A DNA stretch of 64,000 nt. It comes from Lama glama (taxonomy: Eukaryota). Under the pieces are notes generated by a model. It did not search any database, had not been told where the DNA came from, and saw nothing but the letters and a program-made list of their open reading frames with translations. The position numbers and the translations under genes were made by a program. Within the stretch, counting starts at the first letter, position 1, and each line of letters starts with the position of its first letter. Positions 1 through 10,249 of this stretch are shown piece by piece. Location of the stretch: NCBI GenBank assembly GCA_028534125.1, contig CM052818.1, positions 29,452,001 to 29,516,000 on the forward strand. Reading direction: 5' to 3'.

Positions 1-439
1 ATATATAAACATTTAATAATTACCTAATTTTCATTCTACCGTGAAATATTCAGACAAGAAACAATATTACATAAATAGGACATAGATCCAAATGCCTATA
101 TTTTCCTCTAATCTCATAATTCATAGCTCCATTTTGTGCCAAAAAACTCCCAAAGGACTGATAAAAATTTCTCTAAAATTTCTAAGAAGCAATGTCCTAG
201 TATTTAATTTTAACGTTCAAGGGTAAGCTCTGTTCCTACTGCAATTTAATTCAAATATGCACGTCAAGTTTTAGTTGAATTAAGTACATTGCTCAGTATA
301 TAGGCACGCTGAGAATATACAATTACATAAATGTGTCAGAATCTTTCTTCCCAGAGCTGGTGCAGGCCGTGAATTGACTCTGTGAATTCCATTTAAGCCC
401 CTGATTCCCATCAGTCCCATTATTTCCTTCTCCCTAGAA

Positions 440-560
440 TTTAGGTTCCATGTGAACAAGGAGTTTTGTCTGATTTGTTCTCTGCTGTTTTCTAGCATTC
501 ACAACAGTGCCAGTTATATATAGTAGGTGCTCAATAAGCATTTCTTGAATGAATGAATGC
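440..560 (+). mobile_element. L2 LINE 3' end remnant
   Basis: The terminus acagtgcc...tagtaggtgctcaataagcatttcttgaatgaatgaatg is typical of L2. Confidence 0.7.
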
Positions 561-691
561 TTTATTTCCTTAAACCAAACGATGCATAACAGACATGTTA
601 CTGTATTTGTCTTTAAAAAAAATCACATGTAATCTAGAAGAAAATCATTTTGAAGGTTAAATAAAAGACTTGCCAACAATGAATAAATTAC

Positions 692-714
692 CTTCTCAGG
701 GGGTACAGTTGCCA
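692..714 (-). CDS. LTBP1: LTBP1 23-nt micro-exon (phase 1-0): (V)ATVPPEK
   Basis: Context is ttcttctttcttttttggttttag|TGGCAACTGTACCCCCTGAGAAG|gtaatt. It continues AEPE-VATxPPEK as in human LTBP1 (recalled). A branch-point-like TACTAAT lies at 746-740. Confidence 0.9.
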
Positions 715-2585
715 CTAAAACCAAAAAAGAAAGAAGAACATTAGTACAATTTAAGACAATACACTATATGATATTTCAACTTTTAAAAAGCAACAAAAGT
801 CCAGTAAGTCTCCAAAAGGATCAAGAATCAAACTAAATCAAACGCAGAATTATGGTCATCTACCATTTTGGAGAATTCTACCCACAACCAACAGGGAAAA
901 ACTACTGGTGCTGTCATTCCTCAATTACAGGGGGACCAGGTAGCAGACATGATGAAGTTCTTTCCACCTCATTCATTAACTAAAAGAGTTAAAAGAGGCA
1001 GCACCTCCCAGCACATTGTTTCACGCCTCATCGCAATTTGGTAAAACATCCCCCATCTTCGAAAACAAACATTTTCATTGTGCTTATCCTTAACATAATA
1101 TATCATGTCTGAAATGCTTCCTGATGTCAATGTTAAAAAAAAGATGCCTCTATTTCAATAGGAGATGTAAGAAAGGACGCTGCATTCTTGATGCAGACTG
1201 ATCTTTAATGAAGAGCATTTTCAGGAAGATATGCTAATGAGATTAAGAAAAAAATCACAAGCCAGTAAGATCCGATGAGAGATTAGCATCAATATGCTGA
1301 CCAAATTACATATCACACAATCATCAGCACTGTGACAGGGTGGTGGTGGTGGTAGTGGTTACACCGCCCTGTTTTGAAACACTTGCTTTTCAAAAATCCA
1401 TATGTAGTATTAGTCCTCAAGCCTTAGGTCAGTAATTACAGGGATTTTTCCCATGAGTCACCATCTCCATAAACATCAGTACACGGATTTGGTAGATGCA
1501 TTAACTTCTAAACCCCATCAGGGCACCAGATTGCTACCACTGCTGCAATACACTTGTGGTTAGAAAAAGTCAACCGACAACCTGTTCTGCCTTTCTCACC
1601 ACCCAGAAAGTCATGACGCAGAATCTGGATCACAGCCCATTTCCTCCTGCTTGTGCAAAGGAGGAGGAGTTGCAAACACCTGGCCACGACACCCGAAGTG
1701 TATAGGAACAATCTGGCCAACACTGTCAATTCTAGGTGAGGTCCTGCCTGGGCTGCCAAGCCCTGGAGAAGGGCAGCGAGAGAAAGAGCAGAATAAAACA
1801 GGCTAGAACACACAGAGGTTCAGAGCCTTGGAAAGAGACCTCTCTACCAGGGGGGAGGCCTGGCCAGGCTCCCAAATCCTCACAAACCTGGGCACCTTCT
1901 CTCCTCAGAAAATCCATCAACGGGTACCCTGAATTCTGACTAAGAATCAAAAGCCAACGGGAGTTTTATTAGAGCCAAGAGATATTCCACACAAAGCTCA
2001 GATTTTTGTTCCTTCAGTCTGGGGTGGGCTCTTTCGTGGTAACAATACTCAAAGGATTGGATATGCTAGTTTATATGGAGAGATAGAAAGGTAATTCCTC
2101 TCTCTGAAGTCACAGAGAGAGAGTCAAAGTCAACTGTCTCTGGTCTCCCCCTGGAGTATGAGGCCTTAGCCACTCCCTTGGTATGTTCCTTGGTCTCATC
2201 ACATACTCTCTGTACGACATCTGACAAGTCAGGCTCCCTCTTTCTGTCTTAGGATTTTCAAAGCACTTCACTAGGTGATTTCCGGCATCCCTTTTGTTGA
2301 CCCTGTCTTCCTGCATTCTGCCTCCCATTATCCCTGTTTGCCTGTGGGGCTCTGCTTCTTGGAAGCTCAGTTGATGCTTTAACTTTTAAGTGTGCAGATT
2401 CTACTTTTTAAAGTAAATGAAAATTCATTAAATGGCCCTCTAGACACAGAAATTAATTCGGGCTATATCCTGAAGAATCCAAATCACTCTCCAGGGATAA
2501 ACACCAAGAAAAGGTAGGTTCCAAACACAAGACAGTGTCCTAAGATTACCATGGAATAACCAGCTAGGTACCTATTACTTTGAAG

Positions 2586-2804
2586 CAGTGCTTCTCAGTC
2601 AGGGTTAATTCTGCCCCCAGGGGACACTGAACAATGTCTGGACACCTTTTTGGTTGCAACAACTGGAAGGGGGAGGGTACCACTGGCAACTAGAAGTTAG
2701 AGGCCAGAGATGTTGCTAAACATCCCACAGAGCACAGAGCAGCCCCCCACATCAAAGAACTATCCACCCCAAAGTGTCAACAGTGCCAAGGCTGACAGCC
2801 CTTG
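2586..2804 (+). mobile_element. MER20-like hAT-Charlie MITE
   Basis: cagtgcttctca...tgcccccaggggaca...gaggccagagatgttgctaaacatcc...aacagtgccaaggctga resembles the MER20 consensus. Confidence 0.8.
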
Positions 2805-2880
2805 TTCTAGAGGGGATGAGCAGGGAAACCACAGCAAAGACACACAGATGGCTAGGTCCATGATCCGTTTCCACTCTTAC

Positions 2881-3108
2881 CTTCTGGCTCCGCAGCTCCT
2901 GGACCCTTTTCCCGGGAGAAGGTCAGGGCCTCCACCGGCTCTTCCTTGGCTGGGAGAGGTGGAGGATGAGTACTTTTAGCAACAGGTTGAGTGTTCTTTG
3001 GCTTGACAAATACAGGTCCTTTACCTACATGGTGATGGATCGGCCTGCGTCTATGAACGCCAGAAACCGTATAACCCATTCCACCAGGACAGATTTCCTT
3101 AAAAGCAG
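2881..3108 (-). CDS. LTBP1: LTBP1 internal exon (228 nt, phase 1-1): end of TB domain (AAFKEICPGGMGY) and proline/basic hinge HRRRPIHHHVGK...AEPE
   Basis: Acceptor is cccaaatctag|CTGCTTTT and donor is GAAG|gtaag. Translation matches the LTBP1 hinge as recalled. Confidence 0.97.
2950..2972 (-). promoter_or_regulatory. Alternative internal 3' splice site within the 228-nt exon (LTBP1-delta53-type acceptor)
   Basis: Minus strand reads tactcatcctccacctctcccag|CCAAGGAAG. The AG at 2951-2950 lies exactly 159 nt (53 codons) into the exon and preserves frame. Confidence 0.8.
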
Positions 3109-5739
3109 CTAGATTTGGGATGGGAAAATATTCCTTTTAAAAATCTAAAAGTGCAAACTTATACAGAGGAAAATAGCATGATGAATATCTCTTAATAAAT
3201 CATCACTAATAACGTTACATTTAAAAACTTCAAAAACGGATGCAAAATGCTTGAATTCCTGTTAAACTAGTATATTTACAGAAAACCCAAACTTTTCTCT
3301 TACTAAACATTCCTTCATCTGTTACTTCCTTATTCTCCCAATCAGAATTATATATATAGCATATATAGCATATATCAGAGCATATATACATATATATCAA
3401 AACAAATTATGAGATATTATATGTATTTTTATTATAAACCACATTATGTATTTTATATAAAAATATATGCAATACGTTAGACTTTTAGGTTCAGAACATA
3501 CTATATATATTATATATATCTCATAAGTATGTGTGTGTACGCAATATCAGCAAAAATCAGGTTTTTCCTCTTACTTTGGTATGACTTCAGTAGTTATTAA
3601 TTAGGAGCTCAGTGATATCTAAGTTAAATGACTAGCAAGAAGGTTAAAAAAGACAAAGAATCCACTATTGAGGGCAAGGAGGTGCTGAAATCTTCATCAA
3701 TTTGTTTCCAGTTGAAGAGCCCAAAAGAATCAGCCAGAATGGAGAGTCTCAGCCAACAAGGAGAGGCTGGTTAAGAAGGACTGGAAAGGACAAGTGGTTT
3801 TGAAGAGAGATGGTGAAAAGGAATCCAGCCATGTACACATGCTCAAGAGGTGGTGGAGAGAAACAGAACAAGGTGACACCAAGTTAGAGTGCAGTTAGTT
3901 TCAAGGCAAGGGATGACCAGTGAGCAAAAGCCGGACTATGACCAACTGGTCGAATTATCTCAAGGACAAGAAGATATTCTGGGCCTCAGAACTACTATTC
4001 TCGCCAGGAAAGCGGGTTTGTATGTTTAAACAAAAAGCAGACTGGGCACATGTGATGTGCTAACCTCCATTGCATAATCGCCAGGAATAAGCCAAGGGGG
4101 AAGACAAGGGCGGCAAGGCAGTGTGTGGCCAGAGGAGGAAAAATCCACCTCACCCCTTTGGTGTTGGTATTGGAGGCCAGTTACCAAGTGCAGACACCAA
4201 GGAGCTTACGGTCAACTTTTTTTATTTGTACTTTTAAAATTGAAAGTAAAATAGTCTCTTCTCACTTCCACTGAACAAGAGATCTCCTATTGAATGTTCT
4301 GGACCTAAAATTAGTTCAGTATAAACAAAACTCTAAAATACTCCTCAAAGCAGGCTAAAACATTGTTTTTCTAAGGATCACACATTAAATGGTGGAATCT
4401 CATTCTTACGTTAAACTATGAAATACAATTTCCACGTGAAAGAATAACTGTTTCCAGAAAAAAGCATGTTTTTCTAACAAATGTTTCAAGTATTAATGAA
4501 CTAAGTATTATTTTTATGAAAATCACCATATAAGCAAAAATTGGTTACATGCAAACATTTTATCTTTAATATTACTTTCAAATTTAGCTATTGTATTTTA
4601 CCGAAGAGCCACCTTCTTGATTCACGCTCCATGTTAGGGTTACAGAAACTTTCAAAATTGAGCTTAAAGAGGAAGGATTACCATGAATTATCAAGATTAT
4701 TTATCTCATTGACTATTACTTTTAAACACTGAGAGACTCAGATCCCACAGGAAGATACTAGGACCTTTTGAAGATGTCAAAGATTATCCAGTATACTAAA
4801 ACGCCATCAACACACTATCTCTGCCTTACCAGTTCTTTCTGATCCCAGCCATCAGAAGAGGTGGCTCATGATATTTAAATTTATATTTAAATCTTGCCTA
4901 CGACAGTGTAAGTTACAGGTTTGAGACATTAAAATAAGTGGGAGTTAATGCTCTTCCCTAAGAGGGAACCATCTTGTCAAACAAGAAATTAAGTACACTG
5001 TTTATGCCAACCCCAAGTGGGGCTACTCTTTTTTGGGATAAGATCACGCCCAGTATTTGCAGGGTATGTTTCTTTCTCTTCCACTTGACTCTGCGTGACC
5101 CTGCTTGAGAAGCTGGTGACTCCCTGAGAGGAGTAAGGCACACAGATAAATTTATGTTTTCAGGGCATTGGGCCATTATGTACCAAACCGAAGGATAAAG
5201 AATAAATCGACTTCTTAATATTCAGTCCCTACCCAGAAGTTCACAGGAGCTTCAGCAGGACCTGCCCTTGAGTTATAAACCTTCACAGCATAAATTCAAT
5301 CATGAATATAGTTTTCTCCATTTCCAACTGGAGAAAAGAAGTGCAATATCCTCACCAGAACAGTGACTGAGTAAACAGCCCCAGGTGTAGTCACTGGGCA
5401 AGTGGTGAGCAATCAGTCGTTAGGAAAGTACAGACCCAACAGGGCACTTTTCAGAGCCAACTTAGGGCCCTAGAAGCTACGGAGAAAAAGTCACGGCTCT
5501 TCTCAATGTCCAAAAGGAAGTCTAACATTACACAGAAATTGGAAAATCTCTTTGTAAGTAATTTTTTCCACTGATTCAACCTCATATGTTCGTAGTTTCT
5601 ACACAAGTGATTAAAATTACTTATTAATAATACAATGCATTTTAAAGTCAGAAACCAAAAATAACCCAAGCTGCCAAAATCATCCTGTGTGCTTGTGCAG
5701 CGGGGCACGGATGTGAGTGCACGGCTGGGCGCATCTTAC

Positions 5740-5907
5740 CTGTGCCTGGGAGGGGGCATTTCTCACAGTGCGGGCCCCAGGCCTTGCCCACACTACAACA
5801 GCAGAGCTGCTTGGTGAGGTGAACAGACAGAGGGTGCATACACTGCCTTCCGGAACTGACAAGTCGGTAACACGGCCCCTTCTCTTCAGAGATCACAGGG
5901 GTGTCCG
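5740..5907 (-). CDS. LTBP1: LTBP1 internal exon (168 nt, phase 1-1): most of first 8-Cys/TB domain PDTPVISEEKGPCYRLVSSGRQCMHPLSVHLTKQLCCCSVGKAWGPHCEKCPLPGT
   Basis: Acceptor is ctctgcttcag|CGGACACC and donor is ACAG|gtaag. Contains the TB-domain hallmark CCC-S-x-G-x-AWG. Confidence 0.97.
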
Positions 5908-7083
5908 CTGAAGCAGAGAGATAAGGCCTGACGTCACCCAAGAAACAACAAAAACCAGATCGACATTTCATGGAACAAACATGAACGTCTGGATTCTTAG
6001 AAGCCACGCTTCAGAATAAACCCACCTAGATTCAGGGCATCACCCTTCTTGATTTAGAGTCAGTTTATCAAATGAGTTCTAGAGTCAGGACATCTAACGT
6101 CTCTGTCTCTGTCTAGTCCTGTCTTTCATTTTAGCGAGCATTAAAAATCAGGTTTGCGTCCCTAAGTGAAAAGAAGTAACTTCGACCAAAATAAACCCAC
6201 CCAAATAAAGTAGTCATCTATTATCAAAATCACTGCCTCGTTTTTTTATCTTGCATTTCGTCATAACAGAGGTACTTCTAGGGCAGAGTCTGGTAAACAA
6301 CAAGGCACCATGGAAAATCAGGAACTGAACATAGCTGATACAAGTCAGCTGCTGCTCTTCTCCCTTTGAGGATCGTGAGAGCTTGCAGGGCCCCAGACAA
6401 TTTCATTCCAGGCCAGTGTCCAGCGAACGGGAGGCAGAGAGCAGCTTCTGACCAGCAATGTCACACGAGGCCCCCAGTCCAGGCAGCACATCAGAGAAGG
6501 AACAGATAATATCCTCAACCCCTCAGAACATGTTGCAAAAGCACATCAGGCTGTATTCATCCAATACCTAAATCCTAATCCTGACTCTTCCCCTATAAAT
6601 TGAGGAGACAAGACTTCATTAATCTAACAGCTCCTAAGCACACAAGGCACACAGCAGGATAAGTAAGATACAACCCCGCCTTCAAGAAGTCCATTTTCTA
6701 ATGTAAATATGCATGGAGAATATTCTACAACGCCAGTCCCAGGCCACGTCAAAGCTGCGGCACAGACCAAGCCTCACGGTCACCTCTCTGTTCTGTCCCC
6801 ACGTCAGCAAGAGCTCTTCTCCATTGTACTGATGTTCAAATGAGTTTTTTCCGATTTGACTTTCCCCTACCCAATTCCTCTAGCACCTCCTCTTCCTGCT
6901 CAGAGCTGAATTTTTATTCTTCCAAAAGGACTGACATTTCAGCTACAAGAAACAACCTGATTCAATTAAGGCACCACAGCACAGTGAAAAGGGCAAGGGT
7001 TTTTAGAACCAGACAGATGTGGGTTCATGTAGCGGGCCTACCATTTGCCAGCCAGATAACCCAGGGAAGTCCCTCACACTGGC

Positions 7084-7497
7084 TGTGACGGCCGATCTGT
7101 GTCCACTGGGCGAGGCCACCATACCCAGGTCCACCAAATATAGGTCCGAATGAGGATGCGAAGGTAGTTTTCACATGAGATTAACATTTAAATCAGCAGA
7201 ATTTGAGTCAAGCAGAGGACTTTCCAGAGTGTGGGTGGGCCTCATCCAAACAGCTGAAGGCCTGATGAGAAGAAAAGACTGATCTCCCCAGAGGAAGAAA
7301 GGAATTCTGCCAGCAGGCTGCCTTCACACTCTGGCTGTGACGTCAACTCCTCCCTGAGTCTCCAGCCTGCCAGCCTGCCCTGCAGCGCTTGGGCTTGCCA
7401 ACCTCCACAATCATGTGAGTCAAGTCCTTAAAAATCCCTCCCCACCTGCCCACACCCTATTGGTTCCGTTTCTCTGGAGAGAACCCTGACTAATACA
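7084..7497 (+). mobile_element. MLT2-type (ERVL) solo LTR inserted in a MIR
   Basis: TG...CA termini with a 5-bp TSD CTGGC at 7079-7083 and 7498-7502. Motifs gagattaacattt, gtgggtgggcctcatcc and ggagagaaccctgactaataca are present. Confidence 0.85.
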
Positions 7498-9299
7498 CTG
7501 GCTGAGCCTCAGTAACGTCCTCACTTATTAATGACAAGCTCAATGTATAGGCTAAAAAATACCATACGCTAAACTTTGGTTCAGAGCAGACACAAAATAC
7601 ATGTCAGCCTCCCTTATTACTAAAAATAGGCATCTCTGTCCTCTTAAGGGCATTTGTACACAACTTCATCACTGCTTAGTGGTAGAACTTCAACGAAGTG
7701 AAAATAGTTTAAAGAAAGGTTCTTGTAAGTGGATTGGAAGATGGGAGCATGGGATTGAAGGGATCAAAGGAGACCTTCCTAAGGCTCCAAAACTCACACT
7801 TCCTGTAATAAAAAAGCCAGGTCTGCCCAGAGCTACAGAAAAAATGCGGTAAATGGGGGAAGTCTGAGTCTTTACCTTCTCTACTCATTTTCTGGAGCCT
7901 CTGCAAGTAAGCGATGAAAGATCAAAGGTTACAGAACAAAAGTAAAAGAGATTTAAGAGCATGGTTATTATCCCCCAAAGGATAATAAGTTTCTGGAATA
8001 ACCAACTGTCACTTATACAGCACGTGTATACGTGTGTCTCTCTATAGGTTGTAAAGCTTTCAATCGCATACATAGTTCGAGGATAATCAGCTCGCAAAGG
8101 ATCTTCTTCCAAAATTTCTCCTCCAAAGTGTTTGGAATTTATACCACTAATTTCCATAGAAACAATGTCTTGTCAACTCACAAAAGCCTATTTTACACAT
8201 GGTAGGGCTTAATTATGATACTAATCGCATTAATGTTAGTTCTAGATCCCAGGAACAGGGTCATTTAAAGCAGAGCAGAGAGTTTCCTCAAATCCTGGAC
8301 ACTGGCCTCCTTGCACTGACTTCTTCATGTTCACTTCCTTGTATCCATCTCACCCACGCATGCAGGGAAGTGACACTATCTTAGGCACCGGCCCGGTGAC
8401 ACTGACCTTGCTCCCCTATCCACGAACGCTACTTTGAGGTAATCTACCATGACTGTCCCCAAAACGAACCCCAAACGCCAAATCAGCAATTCAGTTTTTT
8501 TAAGGAATGAATACACGTAGTGGTGTGTAACTGAGCTCTAAGAGACTGCTTGCTCTTGGCTACAGATGTGAGAGAAACCTTCAAAAGTAATAAACATATA
8601 GCTCTGTACCCATGTAGAGTATTGAATCCTCACCAGATATCCAGTGAGGCCGGCAATTCAATTACAAACAGCAATAAGAAGGTAAGAGGCTCTGGTTCTC
8701 ATATTTGGGCTCCCCAATAAAGTATTAAGCAACTTACACTTAATTATAGGGTTGGACTATCAACTCTGATTATACTTTCAAAGATAAGCTGCTCTTATCA
8801 ATTTGAACAGACACAAATGTAAATATTATTAAGCAGAAAAACAGATTAAGACTTCAGAAGATAGCATATAGCTAACTTTTCCTACTAGTCTGTTTTTACT
8901 CTCCCCACCTCCAAACACCTCCAATATCCTCATTCACTTCTAGGATCAAATTCCACATTAGAGTGTTTCATGCCTTTAAAGTCCTTATGCAATAAGTGTT
9001 GGAACACAGGTGTGGGAGCAGGTCACTTTCCTAGGTACCACCTAGGCAAGAGATGACTTTCCTAGGGAAGTAAGAACCACTAGGCACCCTTTTTGGGAAA
9101 TGGGCTATTAAAAATAAATTCTGGAAGAATCAAAATAAAAGAAACAATGATTCTGAGACCACTGCAGTGTTGGACCATCTGTTGTACAGTGAGACTAAAC
9201 AGTGGCTCCCCTTAAATACGTGACTTGCTCCTGTCAATTCAGACCATTTTCTTCTTCCTCTTGAAAGGCTCCGCTTGTGGAGTAAGAAAGATCCAGTCT

Positions 9300-9450
9300 C
9301 AAATCTCCTTAACCTCTCTGTGCCTCAATTTCTTCATTTCTAAAGTAGGGGAGCAGTAATACAAACCTTACCGAGATATTCTAAGTACTATATTTGATAA
9401 TCCATATAAAGTGCTCATCACAGTGCCTGGCATGTAGCAAGCACACAGTA
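9300..9450 (+). mobile_element. MIR SINE remnant
   Basis: cttaacctctctgtgcctcaatttcttcatttctaaa...cagtgcctggcatgtagcaagcac resembles the MIR core and tail. Confidence 0.7.
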
Positions 9451-9838
9451 ACAATGTCGCATCACCATCGTGGGTTGTGCCGTTACTGCTTTTATCTGGG
9501 AGCAAACAGCTGGCACAGATTTGTTGGTCCAACCTCAAGGCCGTGATGCTGTGAGGCCACTAAGTGAGGAAAGTCAGGGGCCTAAGCTGAGATGGTTGCA
9601 GAGGAGAGGGAAAGAAAGGAAAAGGCATAAAATAGACTTTGAAGATTTAACAACTTTCTTGGAGACTAAAGGGCTCAAAAGAGTAAGGGCTGACACAGAA
9701 GCTCCCAGTCTAACTTCCCGGGAGAACAGCGTCACCATGGATAAAACCACCAAGTCAGGAAGGAAAGCTCATTTCAGGGCAAAGGGGGAGCTCTAGGAGT
9801 AACTTACCCGATCAGCTTTATGAAACAACGATCTAGAA

Positions 9839-10020
9839 CAATGGGGCCTAATTCGCTAGCCCCTAACCATATGCCACTACTCTGATAAAATGTAAATGAG
9901 ATACAACCTAAAATTCAATCTCTCAGTCACACTAGACACCTGTGACTGGTGTCCATCACATCAGACAGTGCAAATACAGAACATTTCCATCATCATGGAA
10001 AATTCTATTGGACAGCATTG
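9839..10020. mobile_element. MER3/MER33-like hAT-Charlie MITE
   Basis: Contains tcagtcacactag...agaacatttccatcatcatggaaaattctattggacagcattg and is preceded by an ATCTAGAA target site. Confidence 0.7.
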
Positions 10021-10028
10021 ATCAAGCC

Positions 10029-10249
10029 CAAAAGTCAGCAAACTTCCTTCACGAAGGGCAAGATAATAAATGTTTTAGGCTCTGTGCTCCATATGGTCTC
10101 TGTTGCAATGTCTCAGCTCCGCCATGGCAGCGTCAAAGCAGCCTTAAACAATATGTAAATGAATGGACATGGCCGTGTTCCAGTAAAACCATTTACAAAA
10201 ACAGACAGTGGGGCGGATTGGCCCACAGGCTATAATTTGCCAGCCTCTG
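10029..10249. mobile_element. MER58A-like hAT-Charlie MITE
   Basis: Contains gtcagcaaact...aaatgttttaggct...gtgttccagtaaaac...tttgccagcctctg and is followed by ATCTAGAA. Confidence 0.8.
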
